Assembly (NCBI GenBank): GCA_004431415.1
Contig: QPMI01000197.1
Coordinates: forward strand, 13,341-77,340
Reading direction: 5' to 3'
DNA: 64,000 nucleotides
Source of the DNA: Cyanophora paradoxa CCMP329
Lineage: Eukaryota; Plantae; Glaucophyta
In this document: positions 50,301 to 60,943 of the stretch, piece by piece
How the letters are laid out: each line of letters begins with the position of its first letter
Numbering within the stretch: the first letter of the stretch is position 1
Made by a program: the position numbers and the translations under genes
The notes under the pieces: model-generated
Seen by the model: the letters and a program-made list of their open reading frames with translations, nothing else
Told to the model about the DNA's origin: nothing
Databases searched by the model: none

Positions 50301-53243
50301 GGAGGGAGGGAACGGAAGTCTCGAGATATTCCGGTCTAGACCTTCTTTACGCTTCCTGCGCCTTCCTAGGGTCTCCGATAAGAAGAGTTTAGATCTTCTT
50401 TAAGCTTCCTACGCCGCCGCCCCTCCCCGATCGCAGCCTCTTCTTAGGTTCTTCTTCTTCACAGCCTACCCCCTCCTCCCCTCCCGCCCGCCCGCCGGGC
50501 CGGGGGAGGAGGGAATGAAAGTTTCGAGATCTTCCGGTCTAAATCTTCTCTAAGCTTCCTTAAGATCAACCTCTTCTTAGGGTCTTCTTCACAGCCTAAC
50601 CCCTTTCCCCCTCCCGCCCGCCCGCCGCGGACCTTGGGGAGGGCGACGGGGCTCGGGGCGTCGTGGACGAGAGCCGGCGGGAGGCTCTCGTAGAGCGCCA
50701 GGCTGCACTTCCCCGAGTCCATCCAGAAGCGCTGCGGCAGGGGGGCGGGGGGGGAGGGGCGCGCGGGATCGAGGCGCGTCAGCGGGGTGCGAGGCTGGGA
50801 GCTTGAATCATAGAGATTCGAGCATAAAGAAGCATTAGCAACAAAGCTGTTTATTGGAAAGCTTGGAGCTGAGAGCTTAACGCAGCTAACAGCTTAAACG
50901 ATGGCGGCAAAAGTGCGGAGGTCTCGGTGAAGCTTGGAGCTTAGATAGAGGATTGGAGCTGAAAGGATTTGGAAAGCTTAGAGCTAGAGAGCTCAACGAA
51001 GCTAACAGCTTATATTAGACAGGGCGCACGCGGGCGATGGCGGCGAAGGTGCGGATTTGGCATTTGGGGGAGAATTCTCTAAGGATTCTCCAAGAATTCT
51101 CTTAGGAGGCTCTTCTCCTAAGGGAGGCCTTGGGAGGGCTTAGAGGGGGCGCGAGGCTGGGAGCTTGGATCATAGAAATTGGAGCTCAAAGAAGGATTAG
51201 CAAGATCATTCTTCTTAGGAAGCTCTGTAGCTAGGCACTCTTCTTTGGAGGCGAGGCGTGCAGCCAAGCCCCGTGCGCACGCGGGCGATGGCGGCGAAGG
51301 TGCGGAGGTCGGTGAAGATGGCGTCGTAGGGCCGCACGGTCACCAGCGGGCCCCAGCCCTCCGCCACGTCCGCCACCTGGGGGGGAGGGAGGGAGCGGCC
51401 GCGTGAGCGGGCGGGCGGGCGGGCCGGCGCGCAGAGGAGGTCCAGCGCTGTACCCCCCCCCTCTGCTGCACCACCCCCCTCCTGCCGGCCCCCCTCCCAG
51501 CATGCGAGCGGGCGGCGGCCCAGCCTGTATGGGAGGAGGTCCAGCCCCCTCCCGGCGCCCCCCCGGCGCCCCGGCGCCCCCCTGGCGCCCTGGCCCGTGG
51601 CCCTGGGCGGGCGGCGGGCGGACCTTGGCCTCGTCGACGTAGAGGAAGACCGAGTCCAGCGTCACAAGGCAGTACCTGCGCCAGGCAGACCAGGCAGCTC
51701 AGCACGGTCCAGGGGCCAGGATCTGTTAAGATGTGTTGGTGAGGAGCTAAGGCGGCGCACGCGATGGTGACGGGGTTGAAGGAGACGTCGAAGCCGCGCA
51801 TGTTCAGCAGCCCTGCGATGCGGAGGGGGGGAGGGGGAGGGAGGAGCCGTCAGCGGTGAGGCGCCGGGCGGAGGGGGCGGATGGGGGAGGGGGCGGAGAA
51901 GGGGGGAGGGGGGTACGCGCATGCGATCTCGTCGAGGGTGGGCACGACGAGGCCGTAGCAGCCCTGCTCCCCGAGCCTCGCCCGCACCGCCTCCACCTGT
52001 ACCCCTAGTGAGGGGGAGGGGGGGGGAGGGGGGGAGGGGGAGGGCAGGAGAAAGGGGAGGAGGAGCGGCGGAGCTAGGCAGGGCGAAGCAAGGCAGGGCG
52101 AAGCCGGGCGGCCGGGCCGGGCTCGGTATGGACGGCCCACGGTCCAAGCCACAGCTCGGTTTGGGAGGGGGGTACACTCGCCTTCTCGGCGACGGAGGAG
52201 CCGGCGTACTTCTCCGGGTGGGGTATGGCTTTGCTGAAGGGCGCAGGGGGCCGGTCGGCGCCCCAGACGGCGTCGACGAGGTTCTGCTCGACGCCCACCA
52301 GCTCCTGGCCCCGCGCCTTTAGCTTCTCGCGCAGCTGCTTGGCCATCCCTGCGCGCCCGCCCGCCGGCGACGGCCGGTCAGCGGAGCCCGCGCTGCCCGC
52401 CAAGTTTCTCCGTTCCTGCGCACCGATCGAGAGGACGGTCGGGTCGACGCCGACGCGGCCGCCCGAGCTAAGGTTCTGCGGAGGCGGAGGCGGTCAGTCG
52501 AAGCCGCGCGCGCTCGTGTGGCGCGCGCGCGCGCGCCTCGGCGAGCCAGTCGGTGATGGCGGGCGTGTCGGGCAGCCCCGCGCGCATGAGCGTCCAGCAG
52601 GAGCCGTCCAGCTCCTGCTCGGCCTGGAGGAAGTAGCGCCCGTCCGTCCAGAGCATCGCCTTGTCCCGCCCGATGAGCGCCGTCCCTTCGTTCGCAATCG
52701 CGCCGCGGAGCCGAAGTCAGCGCCGCCCCCGCCCGCCCGGACACGCGACCGATCGCGAGGACGAACCCGCGCTGCCGGTGAAGCCCGAGATGTACTCCCG
52801 GCGCGCGTCGCAGCTGGCGACGTACTCGCTCTGCGGAGGGACGGTTGGATTAGATCTTAATGACGGCACGCGCGCCCCGCCCGCCGCGCCTGGTGCGCGT
52901 CCTCCGACGGGACGATGTACGCTTCGAGGTTGTGCTGGAGCATGTGCGCTCGGATCCTGTTCAGCTTCTCCTGCGCCGTCGTGAAGCCGGCACGCTGGGT
53001 CGTCGGCGCCGAGCTGTGTGCCGCAACCGACGTCGCCGCCGGAGCCGCCGGCCGATGCACTGCAAACTTCACCGGAGCGCCGAAGAACTGCCGCTGCCGG
53101 CCCGGCCGCTCCGCAGAAATCGCCGGACGCAGGAGCGCGCGGCTCTGCGGGCGGCAGGACATGGCCCCCAGGCAAGCGACCCGCATGGCCACCGCCGCGC
53201 CACGAAGCGGGACGACGGCGAAAGAGAACGCGTCGTGCCTCAT
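47400..53243 (-). CDS. Xaa-Pro aminopeptidase (aminopeptidase P, M24B; XPNPEP1/APP-like) with N-terminal extension (possible organellar transit peptide)
   Basis: Motifs AYIVPSEDAHQSEY..CDARREYISGFTGSAG, LWTDGRYFLQAEQELD, NLVDAVWG, LLLDSGGQY.DGTTDVTRT, GLDYRHG/TGHGVGAFLNVHEGP, EPGYYEDGAFGIRIEN and VPIQRKLIDVSLLT. Confidence 0.93.
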
Positions 53244-53421
53244 CCTCGCAGAGTCGGAGAGATGTGGTTGCGACTCTTGGATTCCGGCGGTGCGCTTCTT
53301 ATGCCAGCAGATAAACGAGCTCGAGTAGTCTGGGAGCCGCCGTCCGCCGCCCGTCGCGCCCAGGCAAAGAAGCTGCCGAACTCGCGTACCCCTGCGAACT
53401 GCTCAATCGCAGCTCAAAACG

Positions 53422-54314
53422 ATGAGCGCCCCAGCCGACGAGAGCGCGCAGGCGTCCGCGGAAGCGATGCAGCGACACCTTCAACCGGAGCCGCCCGCCG
53501 GCGAGCTCACCTGCGAGAAGGCTCTCGCCGCGGTCAGGAAGATCATGGAGATCTCGGGCTGGGTCAGCGCACTCCCCAGCTTGATCGTTCGCGCAGACCG
53601 CGCTTTCTGACGGGTCGCGGGCAGGCCTTCTTGAACACGGTCCGAGCCGAGGCCGACGGAGGCCCGCCGGCCTGCGCGTCGCGGATGGTCCACCCGTCGC
53701 CGCCCGACGAGATGTTCCGCGTATACATCGGCTGCCACTCGCAGTCGAGGTGCGCTCGCGCTTCGGCTGGTCATGGGCAGCTGCGGCGCGTCCGGCAGAC
53801 GCGCGCGGGCCGCAGGAAGCTGGACGAGATCCGCGCGAACCCGAACGCGAGCCTCAGCTACATGGACAAGGAGAACTGGGCGGTCCGCGCCCGCCCTCCG
53901 AATCGAACCCGCTCGACCGCGCGCTTGCTCTGCTTACGGTTTGATATCGATCCGCGCCTCCGCGTGCGCAGTACGTGACTCTGATGGGAAAGGCGCGCGT
54001 CGTGGAGGACGAGCCGACGCTGCGCCAGTTCTGGAGGGCGCGCGCGCCGCCCCGGATTCGATGCCCGGCCCCGCAGCCTCGGGCTCACCGTACCCCCCGC
54101 TCCCTGCGCGCAGGAGGAGTACCGGGTCTTCTACCCCGGGGGCCCCCTCGGCCCCGAGTTCGCGCTGCTCGAGGTCGTACCCGGGGGCCTGGAGGTCGTG
54201 GCGCGCTCCATGGGGGTACCCCCCGACGTCCGCGTCCGGCCCCTGCTCCTCCGCCGGGGGCCGGCCGCGGGGCCCGCTGGGGGCGCCTCCTGGAGCCTGG
54301 AGCTCTCCTTCTGA
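53422..54314 (+). CDS. Pyridoxamine 5'-phosphate oxidase-like FMN-binding (general stress protein 26-like) protein, multi-exon
   Basis: Exons read AFLNTV...ASRMV...SRKLDEIRANPNASLSY...YVTLMGKARVVEDEPTLRQFWREEYRVFYPGGPLGPEFALLEVVP. The gene is divergent from aminopeptidase P, with 178 bp between the start codons. Confidence 0.8.
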
Positions 54315-55035
54315 GCCCGCCCTCGAGCCCGATCGCGAGGCTTGAGCTCGCGCCTTCCCACCGTCCTGTACCCCCGCCCCTCCGAGTCCCCCTCCCCCTC
54401 CTGGGGGGGCCTCCTCGAGCCTGGAGCTCGCCTTCTGAGCCGGGGCGCGCCCTCCCCCCCCCCTCCCCCCTCCCTCTTCACACTCCTCAGGTCGCGCGGC
54501 CTCTACCCCGCGCCTTCCCTCCCCCCCCCTCATCTTCCTCCCCATCTTTCCCCTCATCCCTGGGCTCGGAAATTGGAACAGCTGGCCTAGAATAGCACAA
54601 ACTAGGACAGCAATGCGTTTGAAACAGCTAGGACAAACCAGACTAGGGCATAACAGAAATTGGTATGCGTAAGACTTGCCCGGCGAGGGAGACTTCGGCA
54701 AAGAGTGACAGCGAAGAGAGAGGGGGGTGCGGCATCTCTCCTCTTCGGGGGCCGCGGCGCGGGCGGCAGGGGCCGACGGACGGGGGAGAGGCCGCCGGCC
54801 GTTCGGTCGCCGGGAGAGGCGAGCGAGGGCCCCGGGCCCGGGGGCGACGCCTCGGGCAAGGCGCCGGGCCGGTGGAGAGGCCCCTCTCGCGGCGCCGCCT
54901 CACTGCACGCTGCAGGACTTCTCCTCTGAAAAGTACTCTGAATACAAAGTATAAACAAACAATTGCAAGTACATATCAAGAAATGCAAATACAATTTACT
55001 GGACGCTGCATATTTGAAATTAAAGACCAGACGCC

Positions 55036-56903
55036 TCACTGTACGCTGCAGGACTTCTCTTCCTCCGCGGGAGCGGCGGCGCTGGGGCCGGGGCGGGGGC
55101 CGGGAAGGGAGCTCCCGTGCCGCAGGAAGTCGCGCAGGCCGGCGACGAGCTCGCCGGCCGCCGCGTCCGCTGCGGCTGTCCCCTGCCCCCGCTGCATCGT
55201 CCAGTTCACCGACGCCAGCATCATCTGATGGCGAACGTGAGCTGAAGTCGGGAAAACGCAGGGTTCGGGCAGCGACGTGGGCGCCGGCGCGCCCTGTAGT
55301 CGACTGGTAGCTCGACCGACTTGGGGTCCACGAGCCACACTGCCGCCCGAGAATGAGGCCGGGCGAAGGGTGCGGGGCGGGCCGGCAGGCAGGCACCGGG
55401 GAACTTGGGGATGCGCAGCTGGTGATGAGCGAACTGCATCTGCTGGGGGATCAGGCACGGAAGCCTAGCCCTGGATCGGGGCGGGGGGCTGCGGCGCGCC
55501 TCGTCGTCGCAGTTGTTGGAGCGGATGTACGCTGGCGAGAGAAAGCAGACGTACGTCCGGCAGCGCTGCATCGCCTCCTGCGCATGCCGCGCGCCCCGCG
55601 CGCTCGGCATGCCGGAAGGCGCGAGGCGGTGGGCGACGCGCACCCCGATCTTGGCCATCCACTTCTGGCCCGCCTTGAGCTCGCGGTCGACCCTGCGCGG
55701 GGCAAGGGCGTCAGCGGAGCGGGGGCGGGGGAGGGGGCGAGGGAGAGGGGTGGCCTTGGAGGGGGGCGAACCATATTTTGAAGCCTGCGGCTTCGAGAGC
55801 GTCGCAGTAGCGGAAGACGAGCGCCGCGTCGACGTGGGCGTAGCTGCAGGCGGCGTGAGCACCGGCAGCGTGCGGTGGAGGCCGGGACAAACACCTCACG
55901 AAGCAGTCCCAGGCCTTGCCGTCGGCGGCCGGCTGCAGCGGGGGCGGGTGCTGCGGGACTGCAGCAGGCGCCTGCTGGGGGCGCTGGGCGGCCGGCGGGG
56001 AGGGCGCCGCTGCGGGGCGGGCTCGCGTCGGGGGAAGGGAAGCACGAGCGGGGGTACACTGACCGGGGGCCGGAGGGGCGCGTGCGGCGGGGGCGGCGGG
56101 CTGCGGTGGCGGGTGAGTGCGCGGTGGAAGCGAGGGGCGGGGCCGGGTGCCGGGGCGGCGGGGCGCACCGCGGGGGCGGGGGCGGGGAGGGAGCGGAGGT
56201 AGGGCACGACGGCGGCGAGCTGGGCTTCACCATCATACTCGTTCTCGTTGACGGCGCGGCGGACGGCGGGCCACGAGTCCACGACTGGGTTGCCATCCAC
56301 GTGCAGGTACTTCAGGGCGGCGAGGCGGCCGATCTCCGGCGGCAGCGCCGTCAGCTGGTTCTTGCTCACGTACAGCTCCTTCAGGGCGGCGAGGCGGCCG
56401 ATCTCCGGAGGCAGCGCCGTCAGCTGGTTGCCGCTCACGTCCAGCGTCCGCAGAGCGGAGAGGCGGCCGATCTCCGGCGGCAGCGCCGTCAGCTGGTTGT
56501 CACTCACGAGCAGCTCCTTCAGGGCGGCGAGGCGGCCGATCTCCGGCGGCAGCGCCGTCACCTGGTTGTCGCGCACGAACAGCTGCTGCAGGTTGGAGAG
56601 GCGGCCGATCTCCGGCGGCAGCGCTGTCAGCCGGTTGCTGCTCACGCCCAGCGCCTGCAGGGCGGCGAGGCGGCCGATCTCCGGAGGCAGCGCCGTCAGC
56701 TGGTTGTCGCTCAAGTACAGCTTTTCCAGGTTCGTCAGCTTGGCGAGCTCGGCCCCCGGGATGCGCGTGAGCTTGTTCCCGTCGAGGTCGAGCACGCGGA
56801 TGTTCGCCGGCCCCGCCGCCGCGATCTCCTTCGCCGGCCACTCCGTCCGCCCCTCCTCCTCCAGGTCCAGCTTCCCCTCCGCCGGGCTCCACCCCTTGCC
56901 CAT
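55036..56903 (-). CDS. LRR-TIR receptor copy E (8 LRRs + TIR type 1), apparently intact
   Basis: ATG at 56903 (MGKGWSPAEG). In-frame splicing leads to WDCFVSYAHVD...YVCFLSPAYIRSNNCDDEMQFA...MMLASVNW...SCSVQ*. Confidence 0.88.
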
Positions 56904-57950
56904 GCCTGCGGGGCGGTCAGCGGCAGAAGCGCGCCGCGGGGAGCGCGCCCCCGCCCCGCCCGGCGGGTCCCCAGCCTGCGGGGGGCCGCCCGGCCCGCGC
57001 TGAGCCCCTCCCGCAGGGGGCGGTGCACGCGCGCGCCGGGCTCTGCCTTTACCGGCCGCCCCGCCCCGCCCGAGTCGCGGCTCGGGGGAGCGACGGCGGC
57101 CTATGGGAGATTGCACCCCCACGCCCGGGCGCGCGCTGGGTCCTCCCCCCCTCCCCCCGTTCGTGGGTTGGCGAACGAGGCAGCAAGCGACGCCGGAGCG
57201 TGGGGCCCCCCCCACAGACCCGGCACCAACAACTCGCCCCGCATCTTAGCCAACGTCCGCGCGCCCGCCGCGTCGCTTGGTGGGATCAGTGCGACCCCTC
57301 GCACGCTGCTAGGCGACCCGTGCGGCCCAGAGCGAATTCGAAGCGATTCGTAGATTCTAGACCGGCGGGGTCCGCCCAGCGGCAACTAGCGAGCAACCGG
57401 GGTTCTGCGCCCGCCCGGAGGAGCGCACCTTCGACGGATCGCCTTGCAGAAGCAGAGCCGAGCTTTCGGAACCGACGGAGCCCGCCCGGTCAGAAATCCT
57501 CGCCGGTCGCGCGCTGCCTGCTGGCTGCTCGCCCGCTACTCTGTGCAGGGAGCCGCGCGCCGGTACAAGCAAGCAGTGAGCGAACGACAGGCGAGCGATG
57601 CCATAAACCCGTCGGCTTCGCACCTGCCGCGATGAATGCCGATTCACCGAAGCGCGGGGGTACGACCACGCCCTGGCACGCCGAAGCGCCGGGGTACGGT
57701 CGCGCCGCCGGGTCGCGGGCCTCTGCTGCTTTCATGGCGGGCGGGCGGGTCTGTGAGCTGCATATACCTATAAACGGCGTCCCGGACCGGTGCACTACTG
57801 CCTGTCCACTTCAACATGCGCCAGCCTTAATTGCAGAGCGATCATGATCAGGACGCAGGCGCAGCTCTGCAGCCATCAAGACGCAGCTGAGCAGGCGCAC
57901 CGGCAGCTGCAGCCTGGCAGCCGGGCCCGAGGCCATGGCGGAGCACAGCG
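56904..57950. repeat. Shared upstream block, copy E
   Basis: Near-identical to the blocks upstream of A, C and F. Confidence 0.9.
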
Positions 57951-57997
57951 AGCAGAGCACTCTGCCGAATCAGCAGCGAAGTTCTGGTCGCCGGCTC

Positions 57998-58079
57998 CAC
58001 TAGTAAAAAGGGGGTCGCCGGATCCAGCCTGATATAAATCAGGCTGAAACAGGCTCCGGCGACCCCCCTTCTACTAGTG
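57998..58079. mobile_element. 82-bp non-autonomous mini-CACTA (MITE-like) with 3-bp TSD
   Basis: CTC|CACTAGTAAAAAGGGGGTCGCCGGA...TCCGGCGACCCCCCTTCTACTAGTG|CTC, with ~25-bp TIRs and an internal hairpin CAGCCTGAT-ATAA-ATCAGGCTG. Confidence 0.92.
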
Positions 58080-60943
58080 CTCCGGATCCGGCGATCGGGA
58101 CCGTCGGACCGGACGCGGGCAGCCTGCAGCTGCGGCTCCGGGATCCCATGCTCGATCGAAACACGATCGGAGTTTCTGGTCGCGCACTGCCGCAGCTCCT
58201 TCTGGCCGCCTGCCGTGCACTGCGCGCGCGCGAGCGAGCGAGAGAGGGAGATTGTCTCCTCCGCCCTCCTCCGCCCCGCCTAAGAAGGTGCGCCGGCTGC
58301 GTGCGCGCGCGCCGGCGAACGCCTCCCGTACGCGTGTCGGCGGCGGCGGCCCCCGACTGCTTCCACCGCGTCTTCATGGACGTGCGCCCTCGCGCCCGCC
58401 GCCCCGCCCCGCCCCGCCCCGCCCCGCCCCGCCGCCACGGCTCCCTCGCCCGCTCCTGACGGCGCCGCCCCGCCCGCCTCGTCGCCGGCAGCGCTCCACG
58501 CCCGTCACGTGAGATCCCGCCCGCCGGCGCGCTCCGCCCACCCGCCGGCGCCTGACCGCCGAGCGCGCAGCAGGGACGGCCCGCGGCGCGGCGCCCGCGC
58601 TCCCCGCGTGGCGCCGGCGGCGACCGGGGCGGGCGGGCGGGCGGGCGGGGGCGGGGTTCGAGCAGTAGGATAGATGCGAGGGAGCTAGGTCCCTTGCGGG
58701 TGTGGCGGAGGCGCTAGGCGAGCTTCCGTTTTAGAGGCGGTGGCGTCCCCCGTTCTCGAGGCGCGGAAATGCGCGCACCTCGCGGGGCGGGCGGGCGGGG
58801 GCGCGGCTGGCCCCGCCGCTCCATCGTCGCCCGCGCCGGCCACGCACGCCGCCAGAGGTCTGCCGCCCGCGCGCCCGCCCTGCGCCCGCCTCGTGCCGCC
58901 CTCGCCGGTACCGGGCGCCGGCGCGGAGGACGGCGCCGCCCGCCGAGCGCCGGCGCGGGCGAGCGGGTGCGCATGCGCGCCGGCGCGCCCCCACCCTCTC
59001 CCACGCCTGACTGCGGCGCCCCCGCCGGGGGCCGGGCAGCTGGAAGAGCGTTCCCCTCGAGAGGAACGGTGGGCGCCGCGCCCGCTGCGGAGGAACGCTC
59101 CTCCGCGGCCTCGAGCCGAGCTCAAAGGGCCCTCACGGGGGCCGCCCCTCCCCCCTCCCGCCCGGGCCCCGGGCGCTCCCCCCGCCCTCCCCTCGCCGCT
59201 CCTGCGGCGGCGCCGCCTCAACGCCGCCCCGCCCCCGCCTTCGATCGAGCTCTCCCCGGCCGCCCGCCTCGAAGGTGCGCGGCCGGCGGCTGGGCCGGAG
59301 GCGCCTTCCGCGAGCCTCGCGAGCGCGTCGCTCGCAGAGGCGGCGGCCCCGCAGGCGGCGGGCGGGGCGGCGGGGCGGCGCGCGGTGGAGCGGGGCGAGC
59401 GGTGGGCGCCGCCGCTCGCCCCGCCGCCCTCGACGGGCGACGCGCGGGGGCCAGCCCTGCGGGGGTACAGGTGGCCCTCGGGGGCGCCGGGGCCGGCCTC
59501 GCCGGCGGCCCGGGCTCCCCGGCCTCCCTGGAGCGGGAGGAGGGGGGCCCGGGGCCCGGGGCCCGGAGCCCGGGCCGGCGGGGCGCCCCTGGGCCTCGAG
59601 GCCCTCGCCCTCGTCGCCGTCGGCGGCAGCGGTGCGCCCGCCCCGCCCGCCCCCGCCCCCGCCCCCGCCTTTGCGGGCCCTTCCCCTCTTCTTCTTCTTC
59701 CGCTTCGAGGGTCGGAGGGAGGTCCACCCGCCGCCCCTCCCCGCGCCCCTCTCCGCCCCGCCCGCTGCCCTCCGCGGGCCGCCCCGGGCCCCCCGCCCGC
59801 CACAGCTCCTCCCGGGCTGTCTCTTGGCCCGCCCCTTCAGCCCCGCTCCGCGCCGGATCCGCCGCGGGCCGCCGGCCGGCCGGCCGCCTCCCCGCCCCTC
59901 CTCCTCTACCCTCCGAGCCCGAGCTCCCGTACCCCCGCCCCGCAGGCCTCGTCCCCTCCCTCGTACTTTCCCCCTCCCTCGCCGCCTCCTTCCCCCAAGG
60001 CCGACCCCCGCCGAGCCTCTGACGAACCGAGGAGGGGATCCGGAGCTCGATCGCGAGGGTCGGAGGGGCGAGCGGCACTGGAGCGCGCTGCACGGCCGGC
60101 GGAGCTAGCTAGAGCTTTGCAAGCCATCACTGATATTGAGAGAAGTTCTCTAATGTACGAGAGAGCGCTGGAGCTGCCATCGGGCCCCAGGGCGCGGGCG
60201 GAGGGGGCGCCCCGAGCCCGCCCCTCGCCGCGGCCTCCCTCCTCCCCGGCCCGCCGCAGCTCAACCCCCTCGGTCCCCCCCGACAGCACAAACACTCTGG
60301 CTGGGGCGCAAGCATCTCGGGCGCTGGGGCTGCCAGTGATCGCTTGAAAAAGGCCCCGGACAGATCAGATCCGATAGTGAACATAGTGCCGAACATAGTG
60401 CTGAGGCGGAAGCGGGGGGGGGGGGGGGGGGGGGCGCGGGGGGGCGGAGGAGAATTCGAAGGGGAGGGACGAGGGTTGCGCATGCGCACAGTCCCCTTGC
60501 CTCCTTCCCTCCCCTGCTACCCCCCTTTCTTAACCCCATCCCCCCCGGCCCCCTCGGGGGGAGCCTGTAATGCAACTCTTTTTGATGATTACAGGCTTCA
60601 CGCCGTGACAAGACAATGCGAAAGAATAAATACTAGCACTTCATAAAAAACGATGATCCTTTCGTATTTAAAAAGTAGAACTTGCTGAATCGTAGCTAAC
60701 TGCAAATTGCTAGAAGTAAGCCTCGGCCTTTCAGATGAGATGCATGACACAGCACATGGACTAGAATCCGATGATCAGGACCAGCACTTTGCAATGAGAG
60801 GCGTACTGAAAGAAGCAGTAGTAATTGCAACTTTTTGAGGCTCCAAAGGCCAACTTCTGACCCGACCGAGCTCGGACGCTGCGGGCGTCCGGGACGGCGA
60901 GGCCGGGCGAGGGCCGAAAGATGATCTGCGGGTGGCCGCCGGC

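Noticed and set aside
58377-60489. 535-aa Pro/Ala-rich ORF 58740-60347 and overlapping - strand ORFs
   Set aside because: Low complexity with no recognisable motif. A gene is possible, but the frame and strand are unresolved.
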